Assembly: GCA_046254885.1 (NCBI GenBank)
Contig: CM100994.1
Location: forward strand, 93,766,727 to 93,830,726
Source of the DNA: Sinanodonta woodiana
Taxonomy: Eukaryota
Length of the DNA: 64,000 nt
Direction of reading: 5' to 3'
Position 1 is the stretch's first letter; every line of letters begins with the position of its first letter. The notes under the pieces were generated by a model. That model worked only from the letters and a program-made list of their open reading frames with translations, was not told where the DNA came from and searched no databases. Below are positions 1 to 11,935 of the stretch, piece after piece. The position numbers and the translations under genes were made by a program.

Positions 1-839
1 AAACGTTTTCATTTCATAATCTTTAGAAGCTGCTCTAGTTATCTGTTATTGTGTGAGTATATGTGTTTGGAAAATAAATTGAACAGCAGATACATTTTTC
101 TTTCATTTCATTTTAAGATTATGAAAGTCATTACCAAAGTGACCTGAGTCATGTTTCATGTCTCAAGTTTAATAGTGATTGATCCTCATCGAGTCCTCTT
201 TCTGTTATATATGAAGTGATTTGAGTCTTGAGTTACTAAAACATTTTTAGCCTTTGCATTTCATTGTGGATTATAACTTAAGCACTACAGTGGAAATAGT
301 GTTGACTAAAATGTGCCAAAATATACAGAGTTTACAATAATCAAAACAATGCCATTTGATTGAAACAGTTTTGAAACTCAACTTTCCCCCTTCTTTTTAG
401 TAGACTTGCTGAGTAAGTAACAGCTTTATAAAATGCAAACTGTACCCTACACAACATGCATTTTATTAATTTACTGTATGTCTTATTACCTTGTACCTTG
501 ATTGGATTCAGTTTGAAATACATATCTTTGTTGAATATATCTGTTAGTTTCAGTGATATACTTGGTTATTCATGACATGGTTTGAACCCCAGCCACCATG
601 CTATAGCTGGGTCACACTGTATATTCTTTGCCTTGGTATGATACAGTTTGTAAAACATAACATTGTTGACTATATCTGTCAGTTTAGTAAAATGTTTCTA
701 GAAGTAGTACATCCTCCTGGTATGTTTATACTATAATCAATTTTTGTCGACTTTTTTCCCTTGTGATGCCACTTGTAATGTGAAAATCATAGATGAATAC
801 GCTAAGAAAAGAAAAACAATGCTTAATCAATAATAATAA

Positions 840-2860
840 TAATTTTAAAAAAGGAAAAAAATGATTGTTTTAAAAAATACTTAATGATCATCACAAAAAA
901 ATGCGTAAAGGATCCTGTTAAAAATATAACAAAACATAATGCCTGATGATCCTATTAAAAATAACAAAAAATAATGCCTAATAATCCCCTTAAAACATAA
1001 TAATGCTTAATGATCCTTTTAAATTAAAAAATAATAATAATCATGCTTAATGATTCTGTTAAAAAGATTATGCTTAATGGTCCTCCTAAAAATAAAACAA
1101 AATAATGCTTAATGAACCTCTTAAACAATAACCAAAAACTGCTTAATGAACCTCTTAAACAATAACCAAAAACTGCTTAATGAACCTCTTAAACAATAAC
1201 CCAAAACTGCTTAATGAACCTCTTAAACAATAACCAAAAACTGCTTAATGAACCTCTTAAACAATAACCCAAAACTGCTTAATGAACCTCTTAAACAATA
1301 ACCAAAAACTGCTTAATGAACCTCTTAAACAATAACCAAAAACTGCTTAATGAACCTCTTAAACAATAACCAAAAACTGCTTAATGAACCTCTTAAACAA
1401 TAACCCAAAACTGCTTAATGAACCTCTTAAACAATAACCAAAAACTGCTTAATGAACCTCTTAAACAATAACCCAAAACTGCTTAATGAACCTCTTAAAC
1501 AATAACCAAAAACTGCTTAATGAACCTCTTAAACAATAACCAAAAACTGCTTAATGAACCTCTTAAACAATAACCAAAAACTGCTTAATGAACCTCTTAA
1601 ACAATAACCAAAAACTGCTTAATGAACCTCTTAAACAATAACCAAAAACTGCTTAATGAACCTCTTAAACAATAACCAAAAACTGCTTAATGAACCTCTT
1701 AAACAATAACCAAAACTGCTTAAGGATCTGCTTTTAAAAAAACGCTTAATGATCCTCTTAATTTAAAATAAAAAATGATCCTCTTAAAAAAAAAAAAAAA
1801 TGGCTAATGATCCTCTTAAAAGAAATAACAAAAAACAATGCTTCATGATCCTGCTATAAAAAAGATTAATGATCCTGTTAAAAAATAAATAAAAAAGATA
1901 ATGTTTAATAACAACAAAAATTGCCTAATGATCCTCAAAAGAATTAAAAACAATAAAGCTTAATGAACTTGTTGAACAAATAACAAAAAAGAATGCTTAA
2001 TGATCCTATTAAAAAAAATTCTTAATGATCCTGTTAAAAAAACCCATAAAATAATGCTTAATAATCCTCATAAAAAATAACATAAAATAATGCTTAATGA
2101 TCCTCTTAAAAAATAATTAAAAAAAAGTTTAATGAACCTCTTAAAATATATAAACAAAATAATGCTTATCGATCCTGTTGAAAATAAAAAAAATAATGTG
2201 TAATGATCCTGTTAAAAAAATATGAAAAAAATAGTGCTTAATAATCCTGTTAAAAATATATAATAAAAAAATGCTTAATGGTCTTGTTAAAATATAACAA
2301 AAAGTAATGCTTAATAAGAATTTTATTTTTAAAAAAAACTGTTAAATTCTTTTGAAGAAAAAAATGCTTAATCCTCTAACAAAATAACACAAGATAATGC
2401 TTAATGATCCTCTTGTAAAATAACATAAGATAATGCTTAATGATCCTCTTGTAAAATAACACAAGATAATGCTTAATGATCCTCTTGTAAAATAGCATAA
2501 GATAATGCTTAATGATCCTCTTGTAAAATAACACAAGATAATGCTTAATGATCCTCTTGTAAAATAACACAAGATAATGCTTAATGATCCTCTTGTAAAA
2601 TAACATAAGATAATGCTTAATGATCCTCTTGTAAAATAACATAAGATAATGCTTAATGATCTTCTTGTAAAAAAACAAAAGATAATGCTTAATGATCCTC
2701 TTGTAAAATAACATAAGATAATGCTTAATGATCCTCTTGTAAAATAACATAAGATAATGCCTAATGATCCTCTTGTAAAATAACAAAAGATAATGCTTAA
2801 TGATCCTCTTGTAAAATAACAAAATATAATGCTTAATGATCCTCTTAAACAGCAATAAAA
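840..2860. repeat. Minisatellite family built on the motif gcttaatga(a/t)cctctt. Degenerate copies span 840-2340, with a regular 34-bp unit array at about 1087-1735 (about 19 copies) and a 38-bp unit array at 2376-2860 (about 13 copies).
   Basis: Direct periodicity in the sequence: the gcttaatgaacctcttaaacaataaccaaaaact unit recurs every 34 bp, and the taatgcttaatgatcctcttgtaaaataacataaga unit recurs every 38 bp. Confidence 0.9.
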
Positions 2861-3148
2861 GCCATATGCATGTTCATGTACACATTGACTGGTTTTGGAA
2901 ATCTGAACAGTTCAATTCTTATAATATTTTATGCCAGGGACAAAATTTCTAGTGGGTGGAGATTGGCCAAGGCGTCCTATTCGAACCATGTCATTTCATG
3001 TGTAATCAAAGAATACTGCAAAAAATATATTAAAAACCCCAACATACTGGCATGGTATTGTGTACCATTTGTGATACTCCTAAGCTCCATGTATGACTAT
3101 TTTATAATGGCAGTTGTTCACACAAATTTCAGCTTGAAAGTTGCTCAG

Positions 3149-3187
3149 CCTATTCAATTTTCTTAATGGTTCTTCAAAGAGTCCAAG
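3149..3187 (+). CDS. PARP4: Candidate short upstream exon of the PARP catalytic domain (translation ..LFNFLNGSSKSP + split codon R). The donor is AAG|GTAATT at 3188. The acceptor position is uncertain.
   Basis: With the split codon ag+g=Arg it is in frame with the next exon, giving R-GLLLPK as in PARP4 (..LLHGS..R-GLLLPK). An LNGS motif resembles the LHGS of the PARP H-G-S motif. The candidate is 7-10 residues shorter than expected, and an in-frame TGA lies just upstream, so the exon start is unclear. Confidence 0.25.
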
Positions 3188-3439
3188 GTAATTAACCATT
3201 TTAGCATTTCAGATTGGTAAGTGAGCTGTTGGTCAATCAAGAGGGCTGATTAGGTTTTGTTTAATGTTTGCATTCTGTCCAATGTTTTAAAAATGACTTG
3301 TGGCAGTAAACAGATTGGATGTGGTGTGTATTCACCTTAGTGACTAGTGTTAGCAAGGTTAAAGCAGGACAGTCTGCTTATTGCGCTATAGGGAGCCTTA
3401 TACACAGCATTCTTATCGAGAATTCATGCTTCCTTTCAG

Positions 3440-3538
3440 GGGGCTTCTATTGCCCAAGACAGTGGTGGATAAATTTGGTGTAAACCGAACAGATGCAGGA
3501 AATCTTGGATGTGGAATTTACTTCTCTGATGCAGCAAG
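3440..3538 (+). CDS. PARP4: PARP catalytic-domain exon (G LLLPKTVVDKFGVNRTDAGNLGCGIYFSDAA + split codon). The donor is a GC donor (AAG|GCGAGT).
   Basis: Acceptor tcctttcag at 3431-3439. The translation matches the PARP nicotinamide-site segment (GLLLPK..G.GIYFSD). Joining phase-2 to the 7821 exon reproduces GIYFSDAAS-TCVKYSSPG, which parallels PARP4 GVYFSDSLSTSIKYSHPG. Confidence 0.75.
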
Positions 3539-3544
3539 GCGAGT

Positions 3545-3700
3545 CAAACAATATGAAGATGATATGAAAAAGACCAAATTTACCTATCATTTTGAAAAGT
3601 AAAATTTTGATTTATTAGCAGTCAGAATAAGTCAATATGAAGATGATATAAAAAAGACCAAATTTGCCAATCATTTTGAAAAGTAAACATAGGAGCAAAT
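3545..3700. repeat. Local tandem duplication of about 80-90 bp in the intron just after the exon (caatatgaagatgatat(g/a)aaaaagaccaaattt..cattttgaaaagtaaa.. appears twice).
   Basis: 3545-3623 and 3624-3715 align with a few mismatches, and both end in ttattagcagtc. Confidence 0.8.
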
Positions 3701-4649
3701 ATTAACTTATTAGCAGTCTTAAAATGAGAACAGAAAACATTGTGGCAGTTGTACATATAAATAGTTTGTATATGATTGTTTAAGTGTCTTTTGATTTGTA
3801 TGCACAAGAAATTTATTTGGTTGGAAGAATGTTCTAATAAAACATACTTGAAACTCTGGGAAATCACCAAATATTGCAATTTAGAATTCTGAATCATTTT
3901 CACATGAACTCATTGATATATCACAATTCTGTTCCATATAATGTTAAAATTCTGTCTTTCTGTGGGTCAATGAGTGTTTAAACTGAGCAGTCTAGAGGGA
4001 AAGGAGAAAAATGTAGCTAGAGAGTTGGATGTAGATGCATTGATATGTGAATGAAGATGTATGCTGAAAAGTTTTAGAACACCTAATCTTCTAGTTAATT
4101 TTGTTACTGATATTAGTATATGGGTTTAGATCTTTTTGTGACTTAATAACCTTATCTAGCTGGAGTTTTGGTCTTTATATTTGGTCTTTTAAAAACATAT
4201 TAAGTGACAAAAAGCAAGCCAGTAAGTGACTGAAAATTATTGATGTGTACACAATATGAGATCATCGGTGTATAGACTGGTAGAACTTAACATGTGAAAT
4301 TATCAATGTAGAAACTAAGATGTGAACATATGATCATCATTGTAGAACATAGCATCTGAGATTATCAGTGTAAAAGTTAACCTGTTTGGGCAGTAATCCA
4401 GATTAGGTTTTTAGTTTTATCCTAACCACCCATCAGATGCTGAAAGTTACTTGAGTAGTAAGTTTCAAATTAGTAAGGTCGACCTCTGTGACTCATGCAA
4501 AACAGCATTGCAGTACCATCACTCTTGTCAGTGCATTCACAACACATAGCTATGGGGCCTGTAGTGATTTGGCACATTGACCTGTTTGTAGCAGTAGTGC
4601 ATATACTGGTAACACAAGTACAAGTAGTATTGGCTGTGCTTATAATTTC

Positions 4650-5270
4650 TTGAGATATAGTGTCATCTCATCTCATCTCTGCCTGTGGCCCCGTCTGGGA
4701 CATAGGCCGCCAACCAGCTCCCTCCAGGCATCTCGGTTCTGGGCGAGTCTCTCCAGCTGTCCCCATGTCTTACCCATCTGCTTTACGTCTGCATCCAAAT
4801 CACGGCGCCAGGTGTTTCTGGGTCTTCCTCTCTTCCTCTTTCCTTGAGGGTTCCATGTGAGGGCTTGCCTGGTGATGTTGGGAGCAGGTTTGCGGAGGGT
4901 GTGGCCAATCCATCGCCAGCGTCTCTGAAGGATGTCATCCTTAACGGGCTGTTGCTTCGTTCTCTGCCACAGTTCGTCATTGTTGATTCTTTCTGGCCAG
5001 CGAATCTTGAGGATCTTCCTGAGGCAGGTGTTGATGAAGACCTGGATTTTCTTCATGGTGGTAGCGGTGGTTCTCCAGGTCTCTGCTCCGTACAGCAATA
5101 TCGGCTTCACGATGGTGTTGAAGACCCTGATCTTGGTGGTGACGTTAAACTGCCTTGATCCCCATATGTTCTTCAGCTGATGAAAAGCTGCCCTTGCTTT
5201 GCCGATGCGTGTCTTAACGTCTGCATCCGTTCCTCCTTGCTTGTCCAGTGAATTTTTTTATTCAAAACGT
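4650..5270 (-). mobile_element. Non-LTR retrotransposon (LINE) fragment carrying the C-terminal part of reverse transcriptase. It is 5'-truncated, with a short (atgag)n-like tail at the 3' end (about 4650-4690 on the minus strand).
   Basis: The minus-strand ORF 4673..5110 translates to ..LLYGAETWRTT..KKIQVFINTCLRKILKIRWPERINNDEL..RRWRWIGHTLRK.., which is the conserved RT thumb/C-terminal region of RTE/CR1-type LINEs. The plus-strand ORFs over the same span are antisense artifacts. Confidence 0.8.
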
Positions 5271-7820
5271 GGCATCATCCAGGCCATGGGTTAGATGACT
5301 AACTTTTTCCTCAGAAAGGACTGTTTGACCTGGTGATATGTACATTGCAATGGTCTCAGTTTGATCTCAGGTAATGATGTTGGTCACTATACTTTTGCAG
5401 GTTTGTGAGAAGCAAAGGTTTTCTTTAAACTGTTTCATGCATAAACCATGTGCTAGCTCTTGACTTTGCACACATTACTTGAAACTGATTCTTGTAGGAG
5501 ACTTGAGTCAGGGTCAACTTAAAGGTAATTGACTCCCTTATCATACAATTTCTCCTAGCATCTTGTGATTAAGGAACATGTTTGAAGAAAAAATTAATTT
5601 ACAGAGTTAAATTTGTTTTCTTGATAATATTTGCCTAATTATCCAGGGAAGAGCTTGCACATTTGCTTAAGTAGGAACTGATGATTGGTGGTACTAAGTT
5701 TCAGTCTCTATGCAATGGGAATTGGGTGTGAATTTAAAAAAAAATGTCATTGTCAGTATTATTGAAAGACAAATCCCAAACGCAAGATTTTTTTAATTTT
5801 CATGGCTGAACTTAAAATGGAACTGACTCTGATAATTTAGAGTTCCCATATCTGAGTCTTATTGCATGTTCAAAACATTTAGGATAATTGGTTGTTTTGA
5901 GTCTGGTGAATAAAAAAAGTTTTATAATAGAGGTTTGGCTATCTCATTGAAACAAATAAAGGTAAGAAAATATTGACATACACTCGTTGGTCTAATTGAA
6001 CAATAAAATAAATCAGCTTGTTACAGTGCTTGAATTTCTCGTGAATTTAAAATAGAAACATTTTGTGTAATAGGAGCATCTCACATAGCTGTCTGTCATG
6101 GCTTAAACATGCTACCTTATTTTCTATGCTATAAGTCGATACCTTTTTTTTACTTGAAAGTCAGGTTTTCATATACTCTGGATCAAATTATATGGATTAT
6201 GTCATTGAAACATCATCATTATATGGATTATGGTATCCGGTATGCTATTAAAATTGCTCTCTAATTGGTATAATCAAAAACAGGTTATATAGAAGTACCT
6301 AATTTGTGTTAAATTGCTATGTCAATAAATTGTTATAAACTCATTTGACTGCATTTCAATTTATGTGTAAAATATAAAGTCAAGTTATTGACCTGGCCTT
6401 GTCATATGCACTGAATCAATTTATATATGGACAAAGGTTGGAAACTGTACAGAATTAGTGAATTCAGCTTATACTCCGCATCGAGTTTTAGGCTGGAAAA
6501 TATGATACATATACACATGAATTAGACAGAAATGTCTTATAATTTAATTGAAATTGGTCATCTAACATGTAGCAATTGCAGAGGCTGGGGTGGGGTACTT
6601 CCAGTATATTAATTAAAATATTGTGGAAGTTCCACCCTGGCTCGTGAAGTTATAAAGTTAAATTACTGACAGAATAGATGTACAACTCTGATCCCCCAGT
6701 CAGCACTGCCGACATTAAATTATATAGAACACGAAGATGAAGTTCAAAATAATAACAATTTAATAATTTTAAAGTCAATAATTTTAAATGCTAAACTCAA
6801 TCACTTGTCCTCCAAGTGAGAGCCTACTTCATCCTGTGATTTACAGTGTGAGTTCGATTTCCCATTGGCTTTTGGTTCTACTCTAAGACTTCTCTTATTA
6901 CGTTACTCCCACTCCTCCAGGATTTAACTTCTCTCAGCTTCTCTCCTTTCTTTTCCTTTCTTCCGTCTCTCTATCAGAGACTACTGGAACCACTGTCACT
7001 GGTCTGTCTCTTGAAGCTTCCTTTAGAAGCTGCACATAGAATCCTGTCCTAAGATTTTTTCCCCGCCAATAACGCATGGCTGATCGAAGTTGCTATCTTC
7101 TGGCAGTCTCTCTAATGAACTACAACAAACTAAATCTTGCTGGCAGGGTTAAGGATATCATACTTAGCCCAAATTAGGGTCCCGTCCCTATCCTGATTCT
7201 GATTGGGTAGTGCTGTTGCCCTTTTCAATTGACTAAGTGTCCAATTCAACCTGGCTGCCAGTCTGTGGGACAAGAGGTTAAGGCACATCCACTCCTTCGG
7301 GCAACTTCTTTGATCTGCACAATATCTTCCACACCAAGATGACAGTTGCACTATTGATAGTCAGGCTTCCTACCCTAGCTACAGCAAACTTATGTAAGGG
7401 ATAGTGTTAGTCTGCGGTCATGTTTAACATTAAACAATGGCTTGTCAGAAGTACTTTGATTATACATGTTTCTATATTATTCTGGGTCAGGCAAAACGTG
7501 ATAACTTGAATAGTAAAAATTTAATGCACATTTTTGAAAAGTGCATGCAATTTCTTTATGCAGAGATTTGTCATAATTCTGATTATTTTAAATTAAAAAA
7601 CTTATATTAATAATTCATCTAACTCAGATATTAAAAGTATTAACAATGTTCATAGATTTTTATAAATCTGTTTTATTCTAGATTTTAAATAGTTCTATAG
7701 CAGATTAAAACATGAGATTAAGTTTTAATGACTGGTTGAGCGGATTAAAAATTAAATTAATTGTATACATGGCGTAAATGTTTATCTAATTATGCGTATT
7801 GATACTTTTGTTCAATGCAG

Positions 7821-8004
7821 TACATGTGTGAAGTATTCATCACCAGGCAAAGTGTGTGGCACCCGATTCCTATTACTTTGTGATGTAGCCCTTGGAAATG
7901 TTCACGAAATGAGACATACTGATCACTCTATCACAGCTCCACCAGATGGATTTGACAGTCTGCATGGTGTGAAAAGCACTCCAGAAGCTTACAGTCAGTT
8001 TGAG
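7821..8004 (+). CDS. PARP4: PARP catalytic-domain exon (..TCVKYSSPGKVCGTRFLLLCDVALGNVHEMRHTDHSITAPPDGFDSLHGVKSTPEAYSQFE).
   Basis: Acceptor ttcaatgcag at 7811-7820, donor GAG|GTTAGT at 8005. Strong similarity to the PARP catalytic core (GTRLLLICDVALG..APPGYDSVHGV..FEDDEF in PARP4). Confidence 0.85.
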
Positions 8005-9222
8005 GTTAGTAAGTGACAAACAAGTATAATAACTTACATTCATTGTTCCTTTTATGCAACAGTTTCAAAATTTGAACCTTAAAGGCTCAGATGTTGACAT
8101 AAGTATGAATGGAGTGTAAAAACATGGACTGCCTTTATTAAATGTTGAATTTACAAGTAAACGCAACCCTCACTACATACCTGTGCAGCTATTGCACATT
8201 TAGAGAAACCACAATTCTTGAGACTTAGAAGTTACAGTTGCATATGTTTAAAAAAAATATAAAGTCTCCATGTATGTAAATATAATTTACCTTTGACAAA
8301 TAATGCTACACAATGTATTTTAACTGAAGTGGTCATAATAAGGGTAATTCTCAATACAGTATAATTACTAAATTGTAGTTGATTTCAGTAGACTATAATT
8401 TATAAACACAGTGTTACTGTGAATGGATTGTCTTCCCTTGATCTGAAAGTGTTTCATGCTACAATCTGATATGATAGTTATTGGCTTCTTTTGTGCAGGA
8501 AACCAGAAAATAATCAGGAAATCAATGACTATGGTTATACAAGATCTGAGCCATGCTGGTGCAGTAGTAGGGGTGAAACTCATAATGGTAGTGCAACATT
8601 ATTAGCACATTACTGCCATTCCAGTATCATACAAAATATATCAGTTTTTCAACCTAGCTTAAATCTAGACAAAACTTACAATGGACCTTACAATCTAACC
8701 AGAACTTGAATGATTTGTATCAATAGTCATAAATATTGCCAGACATCAGACATACAATTAAAGTCTGACTGAAAACTGACAACAAAAACAAACATTTCCA
8801 AAGCCTTACAGGATCTCAACAAATTTGGCATGTATGTAGTGGTGCTAATAATTTTATATTCCTGAAATTCTTATGATTCTACATTAACTCCAATAAAACA
8901 TTTTAGAGGACCAAATATTTGTAAAACTTTCAGCTTTGGTGAAATTTATGTGCCTATTTTTCTGATGACAGGACTTGTTATTATGATATTTTTTGAGCCA
9001 CAAATTTTCAGGTATGTGTTGTTTCTTATATCAAGTTATGTAAAGTTAAATTTTTAGATTTTTTTTCTCACTTATTCTCATGGTTTTGTACATAGATTTA
9101 TTTCCAGTTTCTTCATTTTAGCCATCATTACTGGTTTCTTTTTTAACATTGATGGAAGAAGTGTTAATTCAATTTTTTTATCTTCATAATGACCAGTTTT
9201 GGCATTTAATCTCTGTTTACAG

Positions 9223-9382
9223 GACAATGAATATGCTGTGTTCAGTGCAGAACAACAGTGCATCAGGTATGTAGTGGAGTTTTCAATGACAGGGGATACA
9301 ATTACACCATTTCCACAGAATTTGATAGCAGCAACAGTTGAATCTCCTGCTGCTGATCTTTCACAGAGAATGTCAGATATAG
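9223..9382 (+). CDS. PARP4: PARP catalytic-domain C-terminal exon (DNEYAVFSAEQQCIRYVVEFSMTGDTITPFPQNLIAATVESPAADLSQRMSDI + 1 nt).
   Basis: Acceptor ctgtttacag, donor G|GTAAGT. The NEY motif carries the catalytic Glu equivalent (PARP1 ..YNEYIVYD). Confidence 0.85.
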
Positions 9383-9718
9383 GTAAGTTAATTGTATGTT
9401 AATAAGTTCCTTATAATTTCCGTTTAAATATTTTGAGAAAATGTTTTGAAAAGTTTATTGCAAGCAAGGTTTTTTAATTTAAAAAAATGTGATACTTAGC
9501 ATACAATAAAATAACTGAGCTGCATCATTTATTATTTGACTGCAATGTATCATGATAAGTTACATGCTCAGTTGTTTTTTTGTTGATGTATACTGGCACA
9601 AAATTTATAATTTAAATTAGATACAGCAGTTCTGATTTATATAAGACAAGGAAGAATATGTTATGCTGTAGAGATCTTTATTTATCTTTAATGAATGATG
9701 TATCATGCAATATAGTGT

Positions 9719-9741
9719 GTGTGTGTGTGTGTGTATGTGTG
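9719..9741. repeat. (GT)n microsatellite.
   Basis: gtgtgtgtgtgtgtgtgtatgtgtg. Confidence 0.9.
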
Positions 9742-11348
9742 CCAAACACTGTTATAGAGGTGTGTTGTATGTGCTGTTTGAATTTAAGCATTGAATTAGC
9801 TACAAAGTAGTCTGAGGTAGAAAACTACACAGGTAAAAATTAAAAATAAAAGGTGACAAGTTTGAGCAAGAAAGAGTGGTGTTGTAAAATAAATATACAA
9901 ACACAATACAAATCCTTCGCAAGAAAATAATAAAATGAAAATTTTCACAAGACATATTAATATATATTAATGTGTAATAAACTCAAAAATGGTTCAAAAG
10001 ACAAGTAACATATTACATAGAATGGAATAATTAAAATGTTTTGCAAGTGTTATTTATATCTTTTTTAATATATATTTATTTTATTTTAATTTGTTTGTCA
10101 TTTTAAATTATTTTTGTTACATGCTTATTTTAATTTATTCACTAGTCAAGATGTTTTTTGAGAAAATCAGTTTTCTGATTTATTCTTTGGTAAACAAGTA
10201 TTGTTGACCTATATCCGGACCCTGATTCAGATTTAGTAGCAACCACATAAACAGATTTTTCTATTATTTTTTTTTTAAATTACTGGGTTTTTTTCAAGGT
10301 CAAGATGGAACTATTGAATAACAAAGTAAACAAACTATTTATCCGTAAAGTAAAATTAATGGTTCTTGTTAGGGTCATGTTAGGAGTACATGAAATAAAC
10401 ATGATTATGTGATGCCCTTTTCTCAATTTTACAATATTGGAATATGATATAACCTTTGTTTTAGTGAAATATTCTAAGTTTTGAGCTTTTACACAAGATG
10501 TCAAGTCAAGTTATTCTTTTGTTGTAGCCAGCTTTTGAATTCATGTTAATTTTTCTTCAGTTTATTTGGATTTTAAAAGATAATTTTTATCTCTGAAAAT
10601 CATTTATGTGTTCATACATATTTTTTGGGAGAAAGATAATTTATCAAAACCTTCCTTAGATTTCTAACACTGGAGTGTTAAATATTGAGTTTCTACAAAG
10701 AACTGAAGATAAGCTCAGTACAGAGCTCTGCATGTCTTCCATCTTGGATATTCCATCGGGACTTGAATCTGTTATTTCATTACTAGAACTTTTGTAATTT
10801 ATTTGGGTTATTCTTGGATTAGTTTTAGAGTTATTTCTTAAAATTGTAATTATTTTATTCTATTTTACAATATTTTTCCAGAAAAATAAATTATTTGTTA
10901 AATTTGACAAAAGCTTGTTGTTTTCACTTTTTCTGTGTTACTGTTTATTAGAGCCTAAGTATGCAACACAATACAAGTAATAATTTGTAATAATCAAAAT
11001 GTTTCACAAGATATGTTTCATATTACCAGTATCATGCTAAAATATAAAAGTAAAAATGAAACTGTTCCCAAGATAAGTGGCACATTAAAGTGTACATGTT
11101 GTTAACTAATAGTGTGAGATCAAGGATATATTCAAAGGAAAGATAATGAAATGAAGATTAATCTCAGATATAGATGAAATTTAGTTTTATTCTAATAATA
11201 TTTCAGAGATAACTAGCCCTGGCAATTTTAAACCGATAGACAAAAACTTCATAGCTAAATGTATATGACAATTTTTAAAAATTTATTTCTCTTTATTGAC
11301 ATTTTGAAAATAAAATATTAAAGTGTTTGTTTCTTCTGTATTTTTAAG

Positions 11349-11479
11349 ATATCACTGATGTGAAGAACATACAGGACCCATTATCCAAGGTCAAGGCAGG
11401 ACTGCAAGGAACTGGCAAAGAATCTGTCCCATTAAAAAGTGTCCATGTCCGAGCCAAAATGCTAGACCTTGTAGCCCAT
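11349..11479 (+). CDS. PARP4: VIT-domain first exon ((D)ITDVKNIQDPLSKVKAGLQGTGKESVPLKSVHVRAKMLDLVAH).
   Basis: Acceptor ttttaag at 11342-11348, donor CAT|GTGAGT. Phase-1 continuity with the previous exon. Matches the PARP4 segment ..KAGLQDASGNLVPLEDVHIKGRIIDTVAQ. Confidence 0.85.
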
Positions 11480-11649
11480 GTGAGTGCATAGTTAGATTGA
11501 TTTCCATGGACTGTTTATTTTGATTAACTTATTGATTAGGTTAACTCTGATTGACTCATTGATTAGATTGATTTTTATTGTCCTATCGATTAGATTGACT
11601 TTGATTGACTCATTCATTAGTAATGGTTAAAGGACTCATCAACATGAAA

Positions 11650-11935
11650 ATCTATTAGAACCAGTGCAGGGAGGAGGGAGGCAGCAAGTGGCCAAGTTGT
11701 CTAAAGTGCTCTCTGTTACAGATCACTGCCATCTCACTTCTGACTGCGTGGGTTTGATTCTCAGATTAGGCCAATGTGGGTATGTGAGAAAGCTATCCAG
11801 TAGCTTCTCGTGGGTTCTTCTGGGTTGGTTCTTTCCATGGTATTTTCCATGTTCTTCCTCCACCATTAATACTGGCCGCCTTGTATAGCCTATTGTGTGC
11901 TGAAAAATGGCTTTAAACACTAAAACAACAACAAC
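11650..11935 (+). mobile_element. tRNA-derived SINE copy (SINE family A, 1 of 4 in the window).
   Basis: Shares the core ..cactgccatctcac..ctgcgtgggtt..a..tct.agatt.g.caatgt..tatgtgagaaagct..ccagtagcttctcgtgggtt..ttcctccac.attaatactggccgcc with 51525-51690, 53020-53260 and (in reverse complement) 52850-52985. The head carries a B-box-like gggttcaagtct. Confidence 0.7.

Noticed and set aside
2342-2855. ORFs of 159 aa and 76 aa with YFTRGSLSIILC / LFYKRIIKHY repeats.
   Set aside because: Translation of the 38-bp minisatellite.
4650-5180. Plus-strand ORFs (65, 66, 104, 82 aa) over the LINE fragment.
   Set aside because: Antisense to the clearly recognisable reverse-transcriptase frame on the minus strand, with no motifs.
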